Shown here: positions 9,698 to 17,133 of the stretch, one piece after another | Position numbering within the stretch: the stretch's first letter is position 1 | Layout of the letters: every line of letters starts with the position of its first letter | Virus record (IMG/VR): IMGVR_UViG_3300029997_000040 | Span: 1 to 24,510 of that record | DNA: 24,510 nt | Reading direction: 5' to 3' (one strand) | From: a virus | Taxonomy: Duplodnaviria > Caudoviricetes | Translations under genes and position numbers: made by a program | Notes under the pieces: model-generated | The model's input: the letters and a program-made list of their open reading frames with translations, nothing else | Databases searched by the model: none | Told to the model about the DNA's origin: nothing

Positions 9698-10580
9698 CGA
9701 TTCCGCCATACGCGAGCGCGATCGATGTGCAGTGGGCGGCCTGTGTGCCGCTAATGACGATGTTGGCGCTCGGTGACGTCAGATCCGTGCGCTGGATGCC
9801 AGGCACGCGCAATGCACCGTAGATGCCATCGAGCGTGATGTCGCGATCGAGCTTTTTAGAGTTCGCCAGATAGGCCGCGAGGTTTTTATCGGAGGCAGCC
9901 AGCACCAGCTCACTATCCGGACCACCGAAGGTATAGCGCGTACCGACGATGGCGAAGGGGACGATTTGCGCGCTTTGCACCGTGACGTGATCGGTCAGCG
10001 GGCGCACGGTTTTTGCACTGAGCGCGCTGGTGACGATAGCGAGTAGATCGTCATCGGCCGTGCCATCGCCAATGCGCGATAGCACGCTGACGACGACCTT
10101 GCCCGGTGTGGGGCTGGTGGGCTTGGCGTCGAGCACCAGGCCGGACGCACTGAGTGCGAGGAAGATGTACGCGGCATCCGGGCCGGCGACGGAATAACCG
10201 GAGGGCGCGAGCGTGACGCGACGGCGTAACTCGTCGTCGGATTCAAACGTCGGCGCGACGCCCAGCGATGGATCGCCTGGGTCGAGGGTGAGACGGGTCA
10301 CGCCGTAGAAGGCGGCGAGGTTGTCGAGTGTCCCCTTGACGGCGAAAGCGAGCAAAACGCTCTTGGCCGCATCGTTCACCCGTTGCCTCAGGTTGAATTC
10401 GCGGTACGCGGCGACCTGCAGGATCTTGTACGCCGGATCGGATTCCACCAACGCGGTGAACGACGGATCGCGCGCGATCAGGTCGGCCAGCGTCTCGGCG
10501 AAGATCTGCTCGTACGCGAGCGTTTCCACTACCTCGGGCGGCGGCAGGCGCGACAAGTCGACGGACGTGGTGACCGTCAT
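9690..10580 (-). CDS. J: Baseplate assembly protein GpJ, 296 aa
   Basis: VDLSRLPPPEVVE, LVESDP, SVAGP, VRPLTD; the start at 10580 matches the GpJ N-terminus. Confidence 0.95.
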   Translation of the reverse strand: MTVTTSVDLSRLPPPEVVETLAYEQIFAETLADLIARDPSFTALVESDPAYKILQVAAYREFNLRQRVNDAAKSVLLAFAVKGTLDNLAAFYGVTRLTLDPGDPSLGVAPTFESDDELRRRVTLAPSGYSVAGPDAAYIFLALSASGLVLDAKPTSPTPGKVVVSVLSRIGDGTADDDLLAIVTSALSAKTVRPLTDHVTVQSAQIVPFAIVGTRYTFGGPDSELVLAASDKNLAAYLANSKKLDRDITLDGIYGALRVPGIQRTDLTSPSANIVISGTQAAHCTSIALAYGGIDE

Positions 10581-10609
10581 GGCAGGCGGGGAGCGGGTGG
10601 CGTAGGCAT
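10577..10609 (-). CDS. Putative leaderless 10-aa uORF (MPTPPAPRLP) whose stop overlaps the J start (ATGA)
   Basis: Its ATG occupies the same position in the repeated promoter as the V ATG; J has no SD-like purine tract. Confidence 0.45.
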   Translation of the reverse strand: MPTPPAPRLP

Positions 10610-10679
10610 GCCGGCATGGTGCTAACGGCATGCGCGTGCGTGCGAGGCGGTAGCGATGTACCAGTGGGCTGGTACATCG
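10607..10679. promoter_or_regulatory. Putative late promoter copy 2 (upstream of J; possibly bidirectional towards com)
   Basis: Identical 19-mer (10607-10625) and identical 26-bp palindrome (10654-10679), with the same 47-nt offset as copy 1. Confidence 0.75.
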
Positions 10680-10870
10680 GAAGCGGCCTGCCCAGCGGGA
10701 CCCCACGCAGGGCACCATGGCCGCCTCATGAAGTGGAGCGGCCGGTGACGCGCGTCAACGCGGCACCGGCCACCCGACACCGCAGCAACACCTGCAGGCC
10801 AAGCCAAAGGCTCCACACCCCGTCGACGGAGCCCGGCGAGGCTATCACGCCCGTCAACAGGATCTGAGTG

Positions 10871-11101
10871 ATGCAGGATGTTCGTTGTTCGCGCTGCGCG
10901 AAGTTGCTCGCGCGCGCCCGTGTTTTTGATGTCATCGAAATCAAGTGCCCGCGCTGCGGGACGATCAATTCGTTGAGGGCCGTATCGAGTCCCCTGCCAG
11001 CGAGCCAGGGAGCACCGAACGGAAACACTCATGACGCACACGACTCTTCCCTACACGATCCATCGCGGCGACGCGCTGCAGGTGTTACGCGGCCTGGCTG
11101 A
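10871..11101 (+). CDS. com: Mu Com-family zinc-finger regulator
   Basis: MQDVRCSRCAKLLA...IEIKCPRCGTIN has two CxxC motifs; overlaps the downstream methyltransferase. Confidence 0.85.
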   Translation: MQDVRCSRCAKLLARARVFDVIEIKCPRCGTINSLRAVSSPLPASQGAPNGNTHDAHDSSLHDPSRRRAAGVTRPG

Positions 11102-11771
11102 TGCCAGCGTCGATGCGGTCATCACCGACCCGCCGTATTGCTCCGGTGGCCAGACCATGGCCGCCCGCGCACGGCCGACCGGCGAGAAGTACATCAACAG
11201 CAACACCAAGGCGCCGCTGCCCGACTTCGAAGGCGACTTCCGCGACCAGCGTGGGTTTCTGGCATGGGCCAGCCAGTGGCTGGCCGAGTGTCATCGCGTG
11301 ACGAAACCCGGTGGCCACCTTCTCGCGTTCATCGACTGGCGCATGTTGCCGACGATGACCGATGCGGTGCAGGTGGCCGGCTGGGTTTGGCAGGGCATCG
11401 TGGTGTGGGACAAAACCGGCGGATGCCGTCCGCAGCGCGGTCGGTTTCGTAGCCAGGCCGAATACGTGGTGTGGGCCAGCCGCGGGCCGATCGATACGAA
11501 GGCGCACCCGGTGGTGCTGCCGGGTGTTTTACCCGTGCATCCGCAGCTCGGTGGCAAGCAGCATCAGGTCGGCAAGCCAGAATCGTTGATGGAAAAGCTG
11601 GTGGCGATCGTGAAGCCGAACAGCACGGTGCTCGATCCCTTTATGGGTAGCGCCACCACGGGCGTTGCCGCGCTGCGCGCGGGCCAGCGGTTTGTGGGCG
11701 TGGAGATGTCGGAGGGGTATTTCGGGGTGGCCGAGGAACGATTGCGAGCCTGTGTCATGTCACAGGCATAG
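11031..11771 (+). CDS. Orphan N6-adenine/N4-cytosine DNA methyltransferase (beta class), 246 aa
   Basis: Motif IV (TDPPY) precedes motif I (VLDPFMGSATTG); HQVGKP motif present. Confidence 0.93.
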   Translation: MTHTTLPYTIHRGDALQVLRGLADASVDAVITDPPYCSGGQTMAARARPTGEKYINSNTKAPLPDFEGDFRDQRGFLAWASQWLAECHRVTKPGGHLLAFIDWRMLPTMTDAVQVAGWVWQGIVVWDKTGGCRPQRGRFRSQAEYVVWASRGPIDTKAHPVVLPGVLPVHPQLGGKQHQVGKPESLMEKLVAIVKPNSTVLDPFMGSATTGVAALRAGQRFVGVEMSEGYFGVAEERLRACVMSQA

Positions 11772-11863
11772 GAGACCGTTACCAGAGGTTGGGTTCATCA
11801 GCGCTGATCGCGCCGTCGGCATTGATACAGCCTGCGTTTTTGCTACCGGCGAACCATCCCATC

Positions 11864-11892
11864 ACTCGCGGATGGCTGCTGCATCCGCGAGT
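11864..11892. terminator. Hairpin between convergent genes, probable terminator
   Basis: ACTCGCGGATG / CATCCGCGAGT is a perfect 11-bp stem with a 7-nt loop; only a short CTTT tail on +. Confidence 0.6.
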
Positions 11893-11909
11893 CTTTCAGT
11901 GGCAGGATG

Positions 11910-12419
11910 CTACTGGCCGCTGGCGCCGCACGGCGGACAATCTAGAGCCGTTACTGCCGGTGCTAACACCGGCGTTGTCGATATCTTGGCGGTGGCCGTC
12001 CATACGGTACTGCCATCGCTTTGATAGCGAGCTGTCAGTTGCACCGCACTGTCCTGATAGACCGTGATGGCCGGCGCCGTGCTGTTGACGGCCGCTGCCA
12101 GCGGACGTCCCGGTATGGACACGCGTTGCGCATCGGCACCCAGCGGCAGCACGAGGAAATAGCCGCTCTGCGTCGCCACCGTCACGCGTACCGTGCCAAC
12201 AAGATCGTTGGCCTGAATATACTTGACCCCGTCCTGCACGAAGACGTAGACACGCCAGCCGGGTGCCGCACTGACATTTTTCGCCTGCGGCCATGACTGT
12301 CCGAACCCCGACTGCTGCTGGCTTACCCCAGTCTGCTGCTGCGCCATGGCGGGCAGCGCCACGATGCCGGCGATCAACCCCGCCAGCAAGGGTATACGCA
12401 ATACTTTGTGTCGAATCAT
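11910..12419 (-). CDS. Secreted hypothetical protein (Sec signal ending AMA), 169 aa
   Basis: Basic N-terminus, hydrophobic core and AxA site; GAGGTG SD; core GQSWP...WRVYVF..DGVKYIQ.ND; ends CPPCGASGQ. Confidence 0.85.
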   Translation of the reverse strand: MIRHKVLRIPLLAGLIAGIVALPAMAQQQTGVSQQQSGFGQSWPQAKNVSAAPGWRVYVFVQDGVKYIQANDLVGTVRVTVATQSGYFLVLPLGADAQRVSIPGRPLAAAVNSTAPAITVYQDSAVQLTARYQSDGSTVWTATAKISTTPVLAPAVTALDCPPCGASGQ

Positions 12420-12504
12420 GATGTCACCTCTGTTTATTTATTCGTTGAAGTACCAAACGCCTTTCATCCAGCCGTGACCGATGCATGCAGTCACATGGCC
12501 AGTG

Positions 12505-14211
12505 TTATGCGGCGTATACCGCGCGTCGAGCTTTGTTTGCGGGGTATCCAACGTCGAGGTTGCCGTCCGGCGCATCCAGCAACGACACGCTAATGCGTTG
12601 ACGACGCTTGTTGGAACGCAGCCTGCCTTGGTAAAGGCTGGCCCGATCTCGCATGCCGGCAAGATCCAAGCCCATGGCGCCAAGTCGGGACAGCAGCAGG
12701 TGGCTGCTCTTGGGTAACGCGATCAATAGGGGGGGCGCCGTGGGTGGCTCGGGTTCGCCGGCCACGATCAGCATCGTCCAGGGGATGTTGCGCTTCGGTC
12801 CCACCATCACTACCCGTACGTAGAGACGGATACATGGCGTGGCGGGCGATTGCATCAGCGTATAGGCCACCGCTTCGCAGGCCAGCCGGTAGAGCGTCCA
12901 CTGCGCGCCCGGCGTTAGCAGGTTGACCCGCTCCGACACGTGGCCATCGAAGACGATGCCACATTCTTCCAGAGTTTCAGCGATCGCGCCGCTCCAGAGC
13001 GCTATAGGCAAGCCCAGACGCGGCCACTGCCACGGCGATGGAAGAAAACTTTCGTGCACCGTGGCCGTGAAGCGCTGGACCAGAAGCTGCAGCGTACGGA
13101 AGTAATGCAGCTCATTTTCCGGAAGGACGTCGCGGACGCGTTCGAGCAGGCGGCCGTAACCCTCCTTGATGTAGTCATGGGCCTGTCCCTGCATCTCCAT
13201 GCCACGACGCAGCCGCAGCTCGCCCTGATAGATTTCGTGGCGCGCCGCTTGCCGGATCTGCACATGGTCGGTAGCCAGCTGCCGCTCCTGCTCATTGAGC
13301 CAGTTGATCTTCGCGCCCAGCGGCAGCAAGACCGTGAGAAAAATGGCCATAAAGTTCTGCGCGTTGATGACGCCTGGGTCGTACTGCGCCGGCATGCTCA
13401 GCATGATGCCGATGCTGGCGGCGGTGCCGCCTACCGCGGCGCCCTGCCAACCATAGCGCACAGCCATCCACGCCACCGGCAGAAACAGGGCCATGCGTGC
13501 ACCTTGGCGCCACATGTCACCCGCCATGCCCGCGCCCATCGCCGTCAGCAATCCGACGCACGCCAGTCCGAGTACCACGCCTTCGAGCAATAGACGGCTG
13601 CGGCCCATCTGCCGAGCCAGGTCAGACCATGATTCAGACTGGCGAATGGCCTGGTGGATGGCCAGCGCCAGCGGTACCACCGTCAGGCAGCCGAGATAGT
13701 TTCCCAATAAATAGCGCGGCGCCCATAGCCGGATCAGGGCCGGGGCATTCTGTCCGGGCAGGAATGTCAGAGAGTATTGCCATGTGCCGTCGGCTGCTGT
13801 GAGCAATGCAAAGGCGAAGATGCAGCTCAGCAAAGCCACCATATGCTTGGCCGTGATCGATTCGAGTACCCGCTTGCCGGACACCGTGCCAGGCAGATGC
13901 GCACGCAGCGGCCATGTCGCCCACATGGCAAAAGCCGATATCGGAATCAGATGTAACAATGATCCGCTCCAGCCGTACTGGTCGAAACACGCATACGCGC
14001 CTGGGATCAATGCCACGACATTGGCGACCAGTAACGCCGGCCAGAAACGGCGAGGCAGCAGCAAGACACCGCCGAGCCAGATGCCGGCCTGGGGCATCCA
14101 GTGGGCGAAATAGGCCAACGAAACGCTGCGCACCAGCAGGTACGCGCCGCCAAACGCCACAGCAATCACTAGCTGCTGCAGCCAAGGCGTAAGCCCTATC
14201 CTCTTGAGCAT
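12505..14211 (-). CDS. MASE1-domain membrane sensor with degenerate NarX/UhpB-like kinase tail
   Basis: Multi-TM N-terminus with W.P.G, PRRFWP, GNYLG and RYGWQG MASE1 motifs; tail has LYRLACEA and GLDLAGMRDRA; GGAG SD before the ATG at 14211. Confidence 0.85.
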   Translation of the reverse strand: MLKRIGLTPWLQQLVIAVAFGGAYLLVRSVSLAYFAHWMPQAGIWLGGVLLLPRRFWPALLVANVVALIPGAYACFDQYGWSGSLLHLIPISAFAMWATWPLRAHLPGTVSGKRVLESITAKHMVALLSCIFAFALLTAADGTWQYSLTFLPGQNAPALIRLWAPRYLLGNYLGCLTVVPLALAIHQAIRQSESWSDLARQMGRSRLLLEGVVLGLACVGLLTAMGAGMAGDMWRQGARMALFLPVAWMAVRYGWQGAAVGGTAASIGIMLSMPAQYDPGVINAQNFMAIFLTVLLPLGAKINWLNEQERQLATDHVQIRQAARHEIYQGELRLRRGMEMQGQAHDYIKEGYGRLLERVRDVLPENELHYFRTLQLLVQRFTATVHESFLPSPWQWPRLGLPIALWSGAIAETLEECGIVFDGHVSERVNLLTPGAQWTLYRLACEAVAYTLMQSPATPCIRLYVRVVMVGPKRNIPWTMLIVAGEPEPPTAPPLLIALPKSSHLLLSRLGAMGLDLAGMRDRASLYQGRLRSNKRRQRISVSLLDAPDGNLDVGYPANKARRAVYAA

Positions 14212-14382
14212 GACGGTCTCCACTCCCTGAGTTGAACTGGTTATGCACCGGCCGTTCCATCAGCATGCGCTGAAAGTCCGTAAACGTCGTCATACCCCAG
14301 CACTTTAACTACATGGCGGCCTCTCTCCGTGTCAATGAGAAATAGTCTTAGTGCGATGCATGCGCGGCTTTCTACGCGAGGG

Positions 14383-15246
14383 TTACCTCGATGCGGGCTT
14401 TGGGGGCGGCCGATAGCACAGCGTTTCCTGGTCAGGGACGCTCGATGCTTTCTCGGTCACCTTAGTTTCAAGAGACTCTAGATCGGCTATCGATATCGCT
14501 TCGATTCGCTGCACCGCCGTACGCTGGATGACAAGTGTCGCGCCGTCACGGATCAAAGCGCAAAAATCGGACCCGCACAGGAGAAGCCGTGCTGTCGGGG
14601 ACGCTTGCTTATCGAACTCGACACGCTTATCCCCTGCAAAACTTACCAGTGGACTTGTCTTGGCAATGGCTTGGCACTCTTCCTTCGCCTCTTGCTGGCC
14701 AAGTGCTATCCATGGAAGGACGAAGGTGGTCAGCAAAGCGGCAAGAACCATTATGAAAATACCGATAAATACAGGCGCGGTCAGTAACCACGTGGTCAAT
14801 GCAACGAAATACTTCGCACGCAAAGGTGGTTTGGGTGTGACGTATTGACGTCGCTTCACCCATCGATGAAATCGCCGAAACCCTCTCCGTATGGCTTCAG
14901 ATCCCGCCAAGAATCTGAGAAGGAGTCCTATGACTAGAACCGGTGCAATGGCATAAAGGTAGCGTGGATAATTTCTTAGAAAATGAGAACCGGCAGTACC
15001 GATGAGACGTGCATAGCTGTTCAATGCAAACCAATAGGCATCAGCAGCCGATATCGGAAATTGCGACGCATTGATACCGAATACATCGAGGTAGCTTTCG
15101 CGGTACATCCGTCCTTGACCATAGAAGGTCGCGAGTGCCATGGAGAACAAGGGCACTGTCAGCCACCATTTCGGCGGCTTCGGTGGCCATAATTTTTTCC
15201 GCTCGTCTGCCTTGCCTGAATAAGTTGTTGTGCCGCGTTCTGTCAT
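14383..15246 (-). CDS. Hypothetical membrane protein, 287 aa
   Basis: About three hydrophobic segments and a Cys-containing C-terminal domain; GAGG SD; visibly lower GC than the phage core. Confidence 0.75.
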   Translation of the reverse strand: MTERGTTTYSGKADERKKLWPPKPPKWWLTVPLFSMALATFYGQGRMYRESYLDVFGINASQFPISAADAYWFALNSYARLIGTAGSHFLRNYPRYLYAIAPVLVIGLLLRFLAGSEAIRRGFRRFHRWVKRRQYVTPKPPLRAKYFVALTTWLLTAPVFIGIFIMVLAALLTTFVLPWIALGQQEAKEECQAIAKTSPLVSFAGDKRVEFDKQASPTARLLLCGSDFCALIRDGATLVIQRTAVQRIEAISIADLESLETKVTEKASSVPDQETLCYRPPPKPASR

Positions 15247-15304
15247 GTCGTTCCTCGACTAGGCTGACGCCCTGGAGTCAATCCAAGACGGGGTTTCCCT
15301 TCGA

Positions 15305-15931
15305 TCAATGCTTCGCGTTGGTGAGCTTCGTCTTGACGCCCGATTCGAGCAGAATGTATTCGCCCTTGCTCCCCCAGCGAGGCGATTGCGCGTCGAGCTT
15401 CATACACGGGCGACCACCGCAGGACGTTACGCCGACTTGGGCATACGCGGCTGCGGTATCGGCATCGACTTGCGCCGCCGCTGTTTGTGCGCGCGCATCG
15501 TCGTAGGCTTGCCTTTGAAGCCACAGCAGGAAGCTGCCACCGAGAATGAGCAAAATCATCGCCCCGACAATGGCCGCGTAGCCAGCCAAAATCTTGCGGT
15601 GCGCCGATGTTGAAACCGTCAGCGCGGCTTGCTGGAAAGCGCTTCCTGCAGCTTCCAACTTGGCGGTGGTCGTTGCGACCGCCTGATCGTATGTCTTGGC
15701 GCCTTGGCTCAGCGCCGAAGTCACACCGTGTTGGGCCGACTGCGCCACTTGGGTTCCCGAGCGATGCACCATCTGGCTGACATCGTTGCGCACGGCGGCA
15801 ATGGTGTCTTGCAGCACATGCCCGGCTTTTTGTTGTTCTTGTATCGCCTCGGCAGACCGCTGTTCAAGTACCTGGACCAGCAGGGTGAGTTGCTTGGTCG
15901 TTTCGATGAGAGCCGACAATTCGCTGTTCAT
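15305..15931 (-). CDS. Coiled-coil single-TM protein resembling Xanthomonadales 'relaxation protein' hypotheticals, 208 aa
   Basis: GGAGG SD before the ATG at 15931; helical N-terminus, one TM, C-terminal CGGRPC...GEY. Confidence 0.75.
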   Translation of the reverse strand: MNSELSALIETTKQLTLLVQVLEQRSAEAIQEQQKAGHVLQDTIAAVRNDVSQMVHRSGTQVAQSAQHGVTSALSQGAKTYDQAVATTTAKLEAAGSAFQQAALTVSTSAHRKILAGYAAIVGAMILLILGGSFLLWLQRQAYDDARAQTAAAQVDADTAAAYAQVGVTSCGGRPCMKLDAQSPRWGSKGEYILLESGVKTKLTNAKH

Positions 15932-16054
15932 GTATCCCTCCATAGATCGATAAATCGTTGAATCGGTTTTCGCAGCAGCACCCACTTCTTGTTCAGCCTG
16001 CAAGGCTAAGGTAGATTCAAGTCGACACCATTGACAAGATAGAGGGATAGTTTC

Positions 16055-17083
16055 ATGGACGAGACCGTAAAGAGCGATCCGATTTATACCGACAAGGACA
16101 GCTTTGGACCGAATGAGCGCCTGCAGCTGTCACGCGTCGAACAGCACAAGCTTACGCGCCATTTTGCGGCCTCCGATGTATTTGCCCGATGCTTGATCGC
16201 GCTGGCATGCACCACGTCATTCATCAGTCCCTGCATGGCGGCCGATGCGCCAGCACTGCAAGCGCCGGTACCCGAGGAAGTCCAAGCATTGGTGCCGGCT
16301 GGCATGAAGCTCATCTATTTCAGAGCCGATAACGGTCGAACCGAAGGATCAGATGCTGTCGCGATTTTGGATCATACGAACAAACCGGCTGATCCCAACA
16401 TGAGCACCGGGCCGCGGCCGTTGATCATGCTGCGCAAGACGGGCGGCGTCTATAAGGAGGAGGCACGCAATGACCATGTCATCGCTTGCTCGAGTTGCGG
16501 CGAGGATATGGACGATCCATTTACGCCAGGAGGCATCGAGCTGACTCCGAACCATCTTGTCATCGAACAGGATCATGGCTCAGCTTCTTCGGCTGTTTAC
16601 AAATTCGTGCGCGATCCGAAGAGCGAACAATGGATAGTTACGAGCGCTGTAAACACTCTTGCCAAACAATCTCTGACAGGGGGTGGATTTAACAAAACGC
16701 CCACTCGATTGAAATTGCCTACCCCGCCCTTGCTGACTAATTTCGACCCCGGTTGGCGGACGCCGCAGTTTTGGAAGGCGGTGGTGGTAAACGATAAAAC
16801 GCATGATTTTTCATTCGTTGGCAATCAGTCTGATGAGAAAGCCTTGGATGAAAGCGTTAAAGATGAATGTCAGAAAAGTGGCATATGTCACGTCTTAGTA
16901 AAGCAGCTTAACGGGTGCGTGGCCTTGGTCAAAGATCAGTCCGGGAGTTTTTATGGAGGATCATCTAGTGCCAAAGGAAATGCAGAGAAAGAGGCAAAGA
17001 CCAATGCTTTAAACGAATGCAAGAGCCGTGGCGCTGGTTCATGCGAAGCCGTTAGAAGCGATTGCAGTCAGAATTCCGAATAA
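16055..17083 (+). CDS. Probable periplasmic immunity protein with C-terminal DUF4189-like domain
   Basis: Signal-like segment (CLIALACTTSFISPCMAA); RND.VI.CSSCG...DPF domain; Cys-patterned tail (EC...C...NGCVALV...ALNEC....C....C); directly upstream of the effector; start uncertain. Confidence 0.7.
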   Translation: MDETVKSDPIYTDKDSFGPNERLQLSRVEQHKLTRHFAASDVFARCLIALACTTSFISPCMAADAPALQAPVPEEVQALVPAGMKLIYFRADNGRTEGSDAVAILDHTNKPADPNMSTGPRPLIMLRKTGGVYKEEARNDHVIACSSCGEDMDDPFTPGGIELTPNHLVIEQDHGSASSAVYKFVRDPKSEQWIVTSAVNTLAKQSLTGGGFNKTPTRLKLPTPPLLTNFDPGWRTPQFWKAVVVNDKTHDFSFVGNQSDEKALDESVKDECQKSGICHVLVKQLNGCVALVKDQSGSFYGGSSSAKGNAEKEAKTNALNECKSRGAGSCEAVRSDCSQNSE

Positions 17084-17133
17084 TATAAAGGTATCTATTC
17101 ACTTTTGATTCTTCAAAAATAGGACACTTTGAA

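Noticed and set aside
61-10625. Numerous + strand ORFs opposite the tail genes
   Set aside because: Antisense shadow ORFs typical of high-GC DNA, with no recognisable motifs
10581-10718. Extended J start (342 aa)
   Set aside because: It runs through the promoter palindrome; GpJ similarity starts at 10580
13634-14293. 219-aa ORF overlapping the MASE1 gene
   Set aside because: Alternative frame of a well-supported gene, with no recognisable motifs
16031-16053. Perfect TTGACA upstream of the immunity gene as a sigma70 promoter
   Set aside because: No convincing -10 hexamer at 16-18 nt spacing
11772-17133. Additional attC sites, attI or intI in the rest of the cargo
   Set aside because: Intergenic regions were inspected by eye; no RYYYAAC...GTTRRRY dyads and no tyrosine recombinase ORF were seen
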